Shown piece after piece: positions 1 to 12,293 of a stretch of DNA of 58,138 bases (its first letter is position 1; the number at the start of each line of letters is the position of its first letter). The stretch is from Octopus bimaculoides. Taxonomy: Eukaryota. Under the pieces are notes generated by a model. It was not told where the DNA came from. It worked only from the letters and a program-made list of their open reading frames with translations, and did no database searches. The translations under genes and the position numbers were made by a program. Where the stretch lies: NCBI RefSeq assembly GCF_001194135.2, contig NC_068982.1, positions 54,855,110-54,913,247 of the forward strand. The letters are read 5' to 3'.

Positions 1-149
1 GTTTGTTTTGAACCATTAAAACAGATTTTAATTGGTCGATATTTATTTTCTGCTCATAGTTTGATTCACAGTTCTGGAGGAATTTCTATATTTTATTTTT
101 TTATATTTTATTCTATTATCAGTTTCAGTCATACTGAAGCACCGCCATT

Positions 150-720
150 AGCGTTAATGCATGATTTTATTTCAAATTCGCTTCCAGGTCTCGGTGAAAT
201 AGTGAGTTGGATAGAACCGCTCTTCTTCGTGTGTGTTGTCGTGATGTAGGTTCATCTGCTATATAAAGCAAAAATTTGTTTAGTTGTTCTTTTGAACACA
301 TCCAAATCTACACTTCTTAGATTTCTTGAGCTCTTTTGGCAAGGCATTGAAAAGTTGCAGGTTTTGGACTTTATGATAGAGATTGAATTCACCGCAAATC
401 TCTGCTCAACTTACAAATGGAATTCTTAAATATCATTGTTAAAAAATTATCCTTTAAATTTTCATCCTTTATAGTATAAATCTCTACCAATTATAGAAAT
501 TACCTTATCCCAATAGTGGGTGGATTTTTCTCCCTTAAATATTTTTAATCAAACTTGATTTTAGTTTTCTTTGAAAACTTATTCTCATTCTTACAAACCA
601 AAATTTTCTGGTGAGATAGTTCTAATTCCTTGGCTATATCCATTTTACCATGTTTACATCATTAATACCATCAGAGAACATATGAACATCAGAAGTTCTT
701 AATCTCTTACATCTCAACGT
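150..720 (-). mobile_element. CR1/Jockey-clade LINE 3' remnant
   Basis: Minus-strand frameshifted translation LQLFNALPKE (331-360)...DLDVFKR...YIADEPTSR (240-260)...SNSLFH resembles the C-terminal GPxLFNxLP...FKxxLD...PDEP motif of CR1-like ORF2. Confidence 0.6.
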
Positions 721-751
721 TTAAATTTCTCATCGTGTGAAATAAGCAAGC

Positions 752-816
752 AGGCACAGGCATGACTGTGGAGTAAGAAGTACGCTTCCCAAACACATCG
801 TTCCGGGTTCAGTCCG
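752..816 (+). mobile_element. tRNA-derived SINE head fragment (family B)
   Basis: aggcacaggcatgactgtggagtaagaag...gttccgggttcagtcc has A-box/B-box-like segments and is similar to the copy at 36137. Confidence 0.55.
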
Positions 817-1351
817 ACAAAAAGTGACTGAATTGAAGTAATCCTTCAGTTTGATGTATAATTGTTTTATTATTGCATGAAAACAAACAGTAATCTCTAT
901 CTATCTGCATAGAAATGTGTGTGTGTGTGTGTGTGTGTGTGTCTGTGTGTGGGGGGTGTCCGTGCGTGTGTGTGTATTTGTATGGTGTTGAATGTCCTTT
1001 CAATATGTTTGGAAAGTGACCAGCTGGATGTTAATGAGTGTGCATGTCGTAATAAATGCCTTGTTAAGAATGCTATTAAAGAGTTATGGTTTTCTGTCTT
1101 TTTGCTGTGTGGGTTTCAACTACGATGTTTCATTTTGAGTGTCTCCAGCTGTGTGTATGGCTATGTGTGTGTATGTATGTATGTATGTATGTGTGTTTAT
1201 GTATTCTTGCGATGTTTTCTTTCGAGTGTCTCCAGCTGTGTGAGTGTGTCTGTATGTGTGTGTGTGCATGTGTGTGCGTGTTTGTGTGTATGCAGACATA
1301 TATATATTTGTATGTGTGTGTGTGTCTGTGTGTGTGTGTGTGTGTGTGTTG

Positions 1352-2230
1352 ATTACATAGATCAGGTGAGATTGTATTTAACTTTGAAGGTTTCGCCGTC
1401 TTTGAATTTAAATTCTGGTCCCTCAATTAGGTAATGACAAGTGCCGCAGTTTGTTCTTCCGCATTTTGTGACAGTTGGGGTCCTGAATGGTCTGGGTAGC
1501 TTGGGTGGGTCTCTTCCAAAGGCCATTGTGTTTATGCTATAGTGATTGTGGTTCTAGTGATTTTAGTTTTGGTTATATTTTATTAAGGGTCCTGATGTAG
1601 CCCTCAGTGATCCGGGTGTACCTTTTCCAAAGTTTAAACTGTTTGTGTTATAAGGTTAATTTATGTCATTTCTGGATTTGGATTTGTGAAAGAAATTTTG
1701 AGAAATGTTTGTGTTGTTGTGGTTGGGTGCGGGTTTTTTTTTGGTTGTAGTTGGATGTATTTCGTTTGGGTTGGGGGAGGGGGAATTGTGTTTGTGCGTT
1801 AGGTGTGTTGTGTTTGAATGATTTGATTGTTTCTGTAGGGTTTCGTGCTTTGTTCTGTTTTTTGATGAAGGGCTTGTTTGTTTTTTTAATTCCTCGTCGT
1901 ATTTAAGGAACCACATCTCGCACTTTTCCCAATCTTTGGAGAGATATAAGTACTGCATGTTTATTGTCTTGATTCCAGAGTTTTAGGAGATGCAAGTTGG
2001 TTCCCTCAGATTTTTCGCTACATTCTTCTTCTATTTGTTGGTCAATATCTTTGATTGTTTTTGTTCATTTGTTGTGGCCCTCAATTTTAAGAGTTTGATT
2101 TCCATGTTTATTCTATTTGGAGACAGACATTTGTTCCCGTAGTTTTCTTTGTTGTTCTGCCTCATTAGTTATGGGTTTTATTTGAAATTTTCGGGGCCAG
2201 AATAGTACGAGGGTGATTTTAGCCATTTCT
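1352..2230 (-). mobile_element. Penelope-like element (PLE) remnant incl. linker Zn-knuckle before GIY-YIG
   Basis: Minus strand 1484-1360 reads GPTVTKCGRTNCGTCHYLIEGPEFKFKDGETFKVKYNLT, matching the CxxxxCxxC...F.F....F.I...C linker of PLE ORFs; it is truncated by a (TG)n tract. Confidence 0.7.
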
Positions 2231-2269
2231 CATAGATTCCAACTTTGTTTTTCACTATGTTTTTCACCT

Positions 2270-2720
2270 TCTTTTTACTTCATGTCACCCGAAACACTAA
2301 ACTCAACATTCCCTTCAACTTGGCAAAACGAATTTGTACCGTAGTATTAAAACCATCTAAACCTGAACAAAGGCTACAGGAACTGAAGGCCATGCTTTTA
2401 TCACAACATACACACCCATTAACACACAGCTGCTCACATTCCAAATATATTGAAAGGATACAATACACACCTACACACGCACACGGACACACGCACGCAC
2501 ACACTCACACTCACACACACTCTCACACACAGCTGGACATAAAACCCATTCAATAAATGTTTTTTAGCCACTCCCTGGGCAGGAACCCACAGAGTTTTTT
2601 TAGACAATAGACAACTACACCCACCTCTCTAACACCTTGAACTCTATACCAAATTATTTACAAGCAAATTATATTTAAAGAAGACTTTACGGAAACCATC
2701 AAGCAGAAGATAAATACAAA
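2270..2720 (+). mobile_element. Penelope-like RT thumb remnant (inverted relative to the 1352-2230 piece)
   Basis: FTSCHPKH..KLNIPFNLAKRICTVV...EQRLQELKAMLLSQH resembles the PLE SxHP...IP...A.RI..I.S...RL.EL...L...YP motif; it is interrupted by a (CA)n tract. Confidence 0.7.
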
Positions 2721-3414
2721 CTGTTTTTACTTCAAATTTTTATTATATATGTATGCTTATACATACATACATACATACATACACACACACGTATATATAT
2801 ATGTATGTATGTATGTATGTATATATATGTATGTATATGTATGTATGTATGTATGTATACATTGATATTTATGTACATATTTTGAAAAGCAAAAATGCCC
2901 TTACTAGAGATATTAAATAATTGATTTACTTTTATTCACTAATTCTTTCTTATCATATTGTTTTTGTTTTTTTGATTTTTTGACTTTCAAAAATTGCTTG
3001 AAAGAAAAATTAAGTTGCCTCATGAAATAAAAGGACTTTCTTCTTCAACAATGAATTCAATACGAGGAAAATTACTATTCCTGTTGAAATGATTTTGCCT
3101 GAACAGAAAAGATTTAATCAATAACAAAATTGCAATTGAAACCAACATGATGAGTGTTTTATTACCGAAACAGTTGTAGAAGTTAAGAGAAATGCAAAAA
3201 TATATATTATTCTCTGTTCTTGACATCCAGTTTTGAATCGATTCAATATAATTCTCCAACCAATATCCAGCTTTTTTCTTTCTATTTCTATACATTTTAG
3301 TTTGCATTTTGGTTGCTGTAAGAACTAAAAGTGTCTGCATACACAGACATACAGACACGCACACAAACATACTTATATGTATATGCGAGTACGTAATGCA
3401 TGTTTGTTATTTCT

Positions 3415-3639
3415 TTACTGCCCACAAGGGGCTAAACATAGAGGGGACAAACAAGGACAGACAAAGGGATTAAGTCGATTACAACGACCCCAATGCATAA
3501 CTGGTACTTATTTAATCGACCCCGAAAGGATGAAAGGGTAAGTCGACCTCGGCGGGATTTGAACTCAGAACGTAAAGAAGAACGATATACTACTAAGCAT
3601 TTCGCCCGGCGCGCTAACGTTTCTGCTAGCTCGCCGCCT
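3415..3639 (-). mobile_element. tRNA-derived SINE (family A), near full length
   Basis: Reverse complement starts aaggcggcgagctagcagaaacgttagc, contains B-box-like gagttcaaatccc and the core gtcgattaaataagtaccagtt; homologous to 20688-20899. Confidence 0.85.
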
Positions 3640-3689
3640 TGCATGTAATGCATGTTTGTATCAGCATATATGCACACACACACACACAC

Positions 3690-3962
3690 ACGGGTGTGTG
3701 TGCGTGCGTGCGATGGACTCTCCCGTCAAAGACTACGTATGGGCGTTCAGCTTTTGTTGAACGACCTGCACAAATGACTTATTTATAGTGATCAAATGTT
3801 TGTGTCGTACATTAGCTCACTCTCTCCATCAAATCGAGGTTGTCTGAAGAGGTCCACTGTGTACCATGCCGTCGAGGTGATCGCAGAGCAACGTGAGATG
3901 AAGTGTTTTGCTCAAGAACACAACGCACCACCCGGTCTAGGAATTGAAATCATGATCGCTAG
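3690..3962 (-). mobile_element. SINE (family C, tRNA-like head)
   Basis: Reverse complement gatcatgatttcaattcctagaccgggtggtgcgttgtgttcttgagcaaaacact is a B-box-like head followed by a conserved SINE core; a similar head lies at 39300-39428. Confidence 0.55.
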
Positions 3963-4999
3963 ATTGCGCCCTCACTATGTATTTATATGTATATATGTGT
4001 AGATAGACAGATATAGATACATCAGTGGTTCGAATTTGCACTGCAGGTCGGTAGAACAAGGCACAATAATCTTTTGGGGAAGACTCCAGACGGCTGAATT
4101 TATAAACTAGGAAGCCATGCAGACCTAAATTCGCAGTCACTATAATAAATACGCGCGCGCATGCGCGCACACGCACGCACGCATGCGCGCACACGCACGC
4201 ACGCATGTACACACATGTATATACATACAGGCGCCCACATCAATATAATTCTCTCTGTCTCACACAGAACTCAGTCGTATGCACGTATATTGACACTGAG
4301 TATTAGTTTACAGTTTCAATTTTATTATCACTCCACTAGATTATTTTTTTACATTTTCTTCAACTTTTTCCTTTTGATTTAGCTTCAACTAATCTTAATA
4401 ACGCGCGCTTTCGTACTCACTTTTCTCTCTCTTTCTCTATCTAGTTTTCCATCTCTGTGTCGCCATTCAATTATGTGTCGCTATGTGTATGTACATACGT
4501 ATCTCTGAGTATGTATGTAAATATGCTTTGTATGTGCATGTGTCTTTCTTTTCTATAATATTTTTTTTTTCTCTCTCGCTCCCTCTCTTTTTATCTCTTT
4601 CGTTCTCTCTTTCTCTTTCTTCCTTGTCAGATCTTAAATACAGAGATAATTTCCTAGGATGTGTTTGTTAATCCCTTCGTCTTTTTATCTTTTCAGATAA
4701 AAAGAAAGAACAAAGAGAGAGATTTTTATCTGAAAAAATCCGAAGTGAGTCGGGTATAAGGCGGAATGTAAAATAAACAAACAACTAAATAAAAGGAACG
4801 ACATAACTGTAGACTAGAGACTATGCATTCTGTGTCGGAGTAACTGAAGTATTCGCTATTTTCTTTCAAGTATAAAAATCGCAGAATGATCATACTAATC
4901 AACTGTATACATATACATTTGTGTATATGATTACTTGCTCGTTTATAGTTGATGGTGCGTGTGTGAAATGGTTCTGTCTGTTATTTATTAAAGTGTGAA

Positions 5000-5900
5000 G
5001 GGGAAATAAGTCTATCATACATTAAGAAAGCCTGGCCGTGTCTTTTGCTGAAGACAACAGGTTTCCGGCATGATTCTCTTGAACAGCCGTGTGATCATTG
5101 ACAGGAAACATCCAAATTTGTCATGGTTCTACTTAAGAAATCATCTAGAATAGACTTTAGCTTTAGTAAGTTTTTGCAAGGCGAGTCCAAGAACAACTCA
5201 CTGAATTGTGCAAAGTTAATCGTTTTGAAATCTGCGATCGACATTGGGATCATTATGGTAACAAACGTGGGCATTGTCTCGGGGAAAAAATCGTCACTGG
5301 TTACAGAAAATGGGTATACAACTACGAATCGGAAAGTAAATGCCAGAGTATAGAGTGGAAACATCCAGATTTTCACGCTAGCCAGAAAAAGTCTTCAAAA
5401 CTCAGCTATTCATCCAACAAAGAAAAAATTACGTTAATTACGTTTATTTTTCGATTTTTTTAATATATATACACAAGAACAAATATTGAAGTAATATGGT
5501 GGATGCGATTCAGCAGTAAAGATAACCGGCTGAAGATAACTGGAGATAGACATTTTGTTTTTATCGAACAATGACCGTCGTCAAATTACAACTCAGACTG
5601 TTTAACTCATTCAGAAACTAAATTTTGAAGTATTGGATCAACCTCAACATAGTACTAACCTTGTTCCTTTAGACTATCAAGTGTTTAGCATATTCAAGTC
5701 TGTTTTAAAAAGTGAAGAAACAGGTGTGTACGTTTACATGTGTTTCATCTTTCATTTTGTGTGGAAGATATAAATAAATTTGTGCAAAATGGAGCAAGTG
5801 AATTGAAAAGCAAGGAGATTATGCTGAAAACGATGTAAATACACATAGATATAATATTACTGTTGGTACTGTAATACGGATAAAAAAGAACAAGAAACGG
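5000..5900 (+). mobile_element. Decayed mariner (DD34D) transposase
   Basis: ARRVQEQLTE (cf. ARWVPKxLT), KIVTGYRKWVYNYESESKCQSIEWKHP (cf. IVTGDEKW..Y.P..K.QS.EW.HP), KLNFEVLDQPQHSTNLVPLDYQVF (cf. HPPYSPDLAPSDY), KWSK*IEKQGDYAE (C-terminus). Confidence 0.8.
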
Positions 5901-6347
5901 TTGACGGAAAGCTGCTGTCCATTGGAACAAACACAAGGCGGAGGGTCCATGTTTGGGATAATAAAAACTTTATTGAAACATGTTATTTAATTTTAGTGAA
6001 TAACCTCCAAATTTATTGATCTGTGTGTGTAGATGTGATCTACAGTCCCTGAAAGATATTCTATCAAAACAAAAGTAGCTTCAATCATAAGTAAAGTGAA
6101 ACGATAATTCCAAATTTTCTTAATTATATGAGAAAGAATGAGAAACATCAATTAGAAATGTAATTTGGCTGTCATTTCAAATTTCGTGACAGAATTATTA
6201 GGGTAACGAATAAAATGCATTGTGGATTGAGTTCACGAGTATAGCTTGAGGGAGGGCGACGGGACGGCACTTTTATGGGGCGGCACCACTTTTGGGTCTG
6301 CTATAGGCAATATGCACAGACACAAAGACACACACTCATATATATAT

Positions 6348-6424
<77 letters not shown>

Positions 6425-7453
6425 NNNNNNNNNNNNNNNNNNNNNNNNNNNNNNNNNNNNNNNNNNNNNNNNNNNNNNNNNNNNNNNNNNNNNNNNNNNN
6501 NNNNNNNNNNNNNNNNNNNNNNNNNNNNNNNNNNNNNNNNNNNNNNNNNNNNNNNNNNNNNNNNNNNNNNNNNNNNNNNNNNNNNNNNNCACATCCACAA
6601 ATTAGCACGCATGTCGATCCAATTTTAGGACATTCTTTACGACCCTAGTTGGGTTTTGTCAACTTATTTTTCCAGAGACATCCTCGGATAGCGATAAAAA
6701 TTGATTTTCATCCATAACTTTTACCAATTTTCACGTCGGTGAAATCTGTTGTTTGCTAACATGAGTTAAGTCCCCTGCAATGGCGACTATTATACAGAAA
6801 AAAAAAGATAAACTATTTCGTTTTGGGATTTGGTTTGCAAGATTCTTTATGTGAGTTCGTGTGGTCTGAAAGAAATATATATATAGTTTTAATTATACAG
6901 AAAAACAAAGATGAGCCGCTCTGAAAGAAATATAAATACAGTATACATATAGTATATGTATATATTTAATTTTTCTATACATTTCATTTTAAATGGAATT
7001 TTTGAATGTTAGATAATTAATGTTGGTTTATTCAATTAGAAAACAAAACCTAATGACGATGTAATTAGCAACTAGCACATTTTGTTTCTTTGTTTGTGTT
7101 TGCTTTAATATTTAAATTCTTTACTTTACTGACTGTTATTTTTTATATCTGTTCGCCAGAAACCTCACGACAAACTTTGTTCAGCCGCAACATTCTTTCT
7201 ATTCAATTCTGTTTATGAAATTCTCTGTATGTACTTTTTGCTTTCTCGATGGTCGAAGCAAATCGATGACTTCGTGCTGTAGCCATTTTCCTTCTGATGT
7301 GATTTAAAGCATTTTTTGATATGTGGCATTTCAGCATTAGAAACGAGTTCCGAACATGCTATTCAAGTTTGCTGAAACCTTTCTCCTGCTACTCAAAACA
7401 ACAGCTCAAATGGGATAAAGATTACACGCATCACAAGAACAATAACACCAAGT

Positions 7454-7487
<34 letters not shown>

Positions 7488-7604
7488 AGACTTACAATAT
7501 ACCCATATACCCTATTGTTAAGAAATTGTTACACGATCATTGAATAAAATTCAAATGGGATAAAGTGTACACGCTTTATCCGCCTATACAGTGCAACAGG
7601 AACT

Positions 7605-9019
7605 CCGCAGATTGTCATGTCCATCAACAAATCCCAAGGCCAAACACTATCGGTGGCGGGCATCCATTTGATGGAGCCGTGCTTTTCACATGAGCAACTT
7701 TATGTGGTCTGCTCCCGTGTGGGGAGTAGAAACGCTCTTTTTGTGTATGTTCCTCAGGGCAGAACACGCAATGTTGTCTATAACGAAGTTTTATAGATGT
7801 AGACAGAAGAACAAGTCATCACTGCAGCCTATGTGGTTATAAACAAGTAATCCGGAAGCGTTGGCTGGGCATATTCTCAAACCATGGCAACATGATTCAT
7901 AGACACTTCTTCTTTATTGGACAATGCTGACTTCTCCAACAACAATGCTCACTTGGCCGATGTCAGTGCTTGGCCAAGTTGCTCATAGAGTTAGGCTAGA
8001 AAGGCCAGGCTCCTTATTCTTTTGGTTAAGGCTGTTGGTAAGTTTTCCAGAGTTACTCCAATCCGGATCCCCAATGCAAACCTTCGAATCAACCTTTTCC
8101 AATGCAGATCTCTAATGCAACCTTATCCAATCCAAATCTTTGAGTCAACCTTCTTCACTGCAGATCTCCAATGTAAACCTTCGATGCATCCTTATCCAAT
8201 GCAAACCTTCAATGCAACCTTCTGCAATGTAGATCTTCGATGCAGCCTTGACTGATAGTACCCCTAGGAGGGGTTAGCACTAAATCAGGATTAGTCGCTG
8301 CCTATTAGAGGCTCCTGAGCCCCCTTTCGCTAGGTTAGCTTAGGCTTACGTTAAGGCTTATTTGTGATCTCAATATAACCTCTTCTGACACAGAGGATTG
8401 GGAGCCCTTTCGGGCGTTCAATTNNNNNNNNNNNNNNNNNNNNNNNNNNNNNNNNNNNNNNNNNNNNNNNNNNNNNNNNNNNNNNNNNNNNNNNNNNNNN
8501 NNNNNNNNNNNNNNNNNNNNNNNNNNNNNNNNNNNNNNNNNNNNNNNNNNNNNNNNNNNNNNNNNNNNNNNNNNNNNNNNNNNNNNNNNNNNNNNNNNNN
8601 NNNNNNNNNNNNNNNNNNNNNNNNNNNNNNNNNNNNNNNNNNNNNNNNNNNNNNNNNNNNNNNNNNNNNNNNNNNNNNNNNNNNNNNNNNNNNNNNNNNN
8701 NNNNNNNNNNNNNNNNNNNNNNNNNNNNNNNNNNNNNNNNNNNNNNNNNNNNNNNNNNNNNNNNNNNNNNNNNNNNNNNNNNNNNNNNNNNNNNNNNNNN
8801 NNNNNNNNNNNNNNNNNNNNNNNNNNNNNNNNNNNNNNNNNNNNNNNNNNNNNNNNNNNNNNNNNNNNNNNNNNNNNNNNNNNNNNNNNNNNNNNNNNNN
8901 NNNNNNNNNNNNNNNNNNNNNNNNNNNNNNNNNNNNNNNNNNNNNNNNNNNNNNNNNNNNNNNNNNNNNTAGCTTAATAATCTTAACTTAATCCCGAGCA
9001 ACGCCAGGCTATACTGCTA
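7605..9019 (+). mobile_element. Helitron 3' portion: PIF1-like helicase C-terminus plus 3' hairpin/CTRR end
   Basis: 7617-7796 is an uninterrupted 59-codon frame MSINKSQGQTLSVAGIHLMEPCFSHEQLYVVCSRVGSRNALFVYVPQGRTRNVVYNEVL* (just below the ORF-track cutoff). 8993-9019 cccgagcaacgccagg-ctatactg-cta is a hairpin plus a degenerate CTAG end on the same strand. An N gap (8424-8969) lies between them. Confidence 0.8.
8060..8250. repeat. Degenerate short-unit tandem repeat (ccaatgcaaaccttc / caatgcagatct variants)
   Basis: Recurrent 12-15 bp motifs, located between the helicase stop and the Helitron 3' end. Confidence 0.6.
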
Positions 9020-9038
9020 TTTTATATATATATATATG

Positions 9039-9082
<44 letters not shown>

Positions 9083-9162
9083 CGTCCAATAACACTGTAC
9101 TTATTCCACGTCCTCGCGTTGATGTTTCTTCGTGTTTTTTCTTGCTTGTTCATGTTTGAATC

Positions 9163-9198
<36 letters not shown>

Positions 9199-10105
9199 GA
9201 CGGGCTTCTTTTGGATTCTGTCTACCAAGTCAGCTCAAAAGGCTTTTGTAACGTTAATTTGCATGTTTATTCAAAAGCTGATATGCTAGTCGCTGTTATG
9301 TATGCTACTGGAGTACAACTTCTCAGTTTTACGAGAACATTGTGTCCATTACAAACTCGGCTCACTGACACGAGAGTTTGGGACACTGGTGTGTTTGTTC
9401 AGTTACACGTACTCGAGCCTTTGAGCAATTAACATAGACACAAGAAAAAAATGAAAATGCAAGTTATAAATTGTGTGCAAATAGGATAAGATTTTCAGAT
9501 GTCTGTGTCTTGATATATATTTTGATCTTTCATCGTAAAAAAACATAAATGCATTGACTAGGAAATGAAATAAAGCCGAAACAAACAAATTTTTGAAGCG
9601 AATTGAAACTTTCTCTCGTTAAATGATTGCCTCCTACCAAATGAATTAATTACCTGTTTGCATGTGGGGGATTATTAATTAAGAAAAATACAAGAATTCA
9701 AAACAATTACAGTGGTTATTGATGGGGATTTTTAACTATAAGATAAGCTTCGCTGAAAGTTTTAAAAAAACAGGGAAGGAACATAATATTTTCTGCAAAG
9801 AATGTTAAAAAGTAATGCAATTTCTTTTAAAATTAGCATAAAGAAAGCAAATAAATGAAGACAAAAAAATAGTTATCAAGTGTGGAACATGTGTGCATGT
9901 TTTAAAGTGGTGTCGGAAGGGTAAGAGTTGAGCTATCACTATAAGATAAATGAGCCGTTTGCTAGTTCCGTGAAGAAACTGTAAGTAGGTCGCCATTTGC
10001 AATCTAGATAAAATACTTCAAAACGAAATCTAAGCTGCAAGTCTGTAAAAGAAATTAGTTATGCCAGAATGTGTCAAACGAAAATTGAATTGCTTTGGAT
10101 TTGTG

Positions 10106-10144
<39 letters not shown>

Positions 10145-10382
10145 TTGTATGTATATGCGTTTGTGTGTTAATTTCATGCCATGTTTTCCAAACATCTAAC
10201 AGACAGATGGCTTTTGCCATACTATCTGCTTGTTGATCAGGTTAATGTGGTTATAGACTATTATTTACAATAGATTGAAAGAATCACTGACCTGAAAGTA
10301 TCGATCATATATTTTCGTAAGGCAAATAATTCCAATCGTATACTGTATGTGCACACTTGTTGCATCTGCATATATATATATA

Positions 10383-10540
10383 CCGGAGTAAGCACATAAA
10401 ATGTGCAACAAGGTGGAAAAAAGGGTACTCAAATACCAGAGGTAGAGTAATATGCTTTATTTCTAACAAAACTGTCCGATGAACGGGAACATGAAACTCC
10501 GAGTAACAGTCTTTTGCTATATTTCTGCTGCTTTTAAATA
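10383..10540 (+). mobile_element. PLE-type terminal repeat carrying a hammerhead motif
   Basis: Flanked by (TA)n tracts and contains the hammerhead-like fold at 10471-10510. Confidence 0.55.
10471..10510 (+). ncRNA. Minimal type I hammerhead ribozyme-like motif
   Basis: ACUGU|CCGAUGA|ACG-GGAA-CAU|GAAACUC-C-GAGUA^ACAGU: 5-bp stem I, core with U4C, short stem II with a GNRA loop (one mismatch), near-loopless stem III, GUA cleavage triplet (10505/10506). Confidence 0.6.
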
Positions 10541-10633
10541 AAGTATATATATATATATATATATATAAGGATTTCGTCATGAGATAAAAAAAAAACAAAG
10601 CTGTGTATAATATAGAACATTTATAAATAGAAG

Positions 10634-10681
10634 GTCTTACAGCTGTTTCCAGGATATTTATTATATCCCTTCATCGGAGAC
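10634..10681 (-). ncRNA. Minimal hammerhead-like motif with palindromic stem III
   Basis: GUCU|CCGAUGA|AGGGAUAU-AAUAA-AUAUCCUG|GAAACAG-CUGUA^AGAC; stem III ACAG/CUGU has no loop. Confidence 0.55.
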
Positions 10682-10813
10682 GGTGTGAGAGGATGGTTAA
10701 GCAATATATACCATTCTGCCTAAACAATGGATTTACAAATACAATATCCCTACATTCACTCTCTATTTCCTATCTTATGTAAACCAACTATTGCTTAACC
10801 ATTCTCTTACACC

Positions 10814-10861
10814 GTCTCCGATGAAGGGATATAATAAATATCCTGGAAACAACTGTAAGAC
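10814..10861 (+). ncRNA. Second (inverted) copy of the hammerhead-like motif; stem III palindrome broken (ACAA/CUGU)
   Basis: gtctccgatgaagggatataataaatatcctggaaacaactgtaagac. Confidence 0.45.
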
Positions 10862-11099
10862 CTATTTATAAATGTTGTATATTATACACAGCCTTGGTTT
10901 TTTTTTTTATCTCATTACGAAATCCTTATATTAACAGGCTGATATATGACCTACGTTGGACCCCTTATTTTTATAATAACCGAACCTGGAGCTTAACTAT
11001 GGTCTATCCACAGCACTTACTCAGCATTACCTGAAACCTCTGGGTCTAATTGACACCACTGTCGCTCATAACCTATATATATATAATACAAATGATATA

Positions 11100-11245
11100 T
11101 GAGCATATGTATGTATACATACATATATGTACATACTTACATCTACATGTATATATAGATGCATATCCGGGTACAGGACGTCAAAAAACGTAGACAAAAA
11201 AGGAACGGGAGCATAAACAAAGCACAAAAAACGGACTTTTTTTAC

Positions 11246-11286
<41 letters not shown>

Positions 11287-11339
11287 TATCGTTGCTATTA
11301 TGCAAAAGCGTCGTAGGTCCAAAACGTTGCTGTTTCAGA
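11100..11339 (-). repeat. Interspersed repeat, related to 15160-15345, 15866-16215 and 17845-17930
   Basis: Shared block gtacatacttacatctacatgt.tatatagatgcatatc.gggtacaggacgt. Confidence 0.6.
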
Positions 11340-12249
11340 NNNNNNNNNNNNNNNNNNNNNNNNNNNNNNNNNNNNNNNNNNNNNNNNNNNNNNNNNNNNN
11401 NNNNNNNNNNNNNNNNNNNNNNNNNNNNNNNNNNNNNNNNNNNNNNNNNNNNNNNNNNNNNNNNNNNNNNNNNNNNNNNNNNNNNNNNNNNNNNNNNNNN
11501 NNNNNNNNNNNNNNNNNNNNNNNNNNNNNNNNNNNNNNNNNNNNNNNNNNNNNNNNNNNNNNNNNNNNNNNNNNNNNNNNNNNNNNNNNNNNNNNNNNNN
11601 NNNNNNNNNNNNNNNNNNNNNNNNNNNNNNNNNNNNNNNNNNNNNNNNNNNNNNNNNNNNNNNNNNNNNNNNNNNNNNNNNNNNNNNNNNNNNNNNNNNN
11701 NNNNNNNNNNNNNNNNNNNNNNNNNNNNNNNNNNNNNNNNNNNNNNNNNNNNNNNNNNNNNNNNNNNNNNNNNNNNNNNNNNNNNNNNNNNNNNNNNNNN
11801 NNNNNNNNNNNNNNNNNNNNNNNNNNNNNNNNNNNNNNNNNNNNNNNNNNNNNNNNNNNNNNNNNNNNNNNNNNNNNNNNNNNNNNNNNNNNNNNNNNNN
11901 NNNNNNNNNNNNNNNNNNNNNNNNNNNNNNNNNNNNNNNNNNNNNNNNNNNNNNNNNNNNNNNNNNNNNNNNNNNNNNNNNNNNNNNNNNNNNNNNNNNN
12001 NNNNNNNNNNNNNNNNNNNNNNNNNNNNNNNNNNNNNNNNNNNNNNNNNNNNNNNNNNNNNNNNNNNNNNNNNNNNNNNNNNNNNNNNNNNNNNNNNNNN
12101 NNNNNNNNNNNNNNNNNNNNNNNNNNNNNNNNNNNNNNNNNNNNNNNNNNNNNNNNNNNNNNNNNNNNNNNNNNNNNNNNNNNNNNNNNNNNNNNNNNNN
12201 NNNNNNNNNNNNNNNNNNNNNNNNNNNNNNNNNNNNNNNNNNNNNNNNN

Positions 12250-12293
<44 letters not shown>

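Larger units (their letters stand above)
10563..10931. repeat. ~143-bp inverted repeat (10563-10706 / 10789-10931), PLE terminal-repeat-like
   Basis: Arms are near-identical reverse complements (few substitutions, one 2-bp indel) with an 82-bp spacer. Confidence 0.9.

Noticed and set aside
919-1434. Cys/Val-rich 171-aa ORF (and similar CV/HT/YI ORFs throughout)
   Set aside because: Translation of (TG)n/(TATG)n microsatellites; only its 3' end overlaps the antisense of a PLE remnant.
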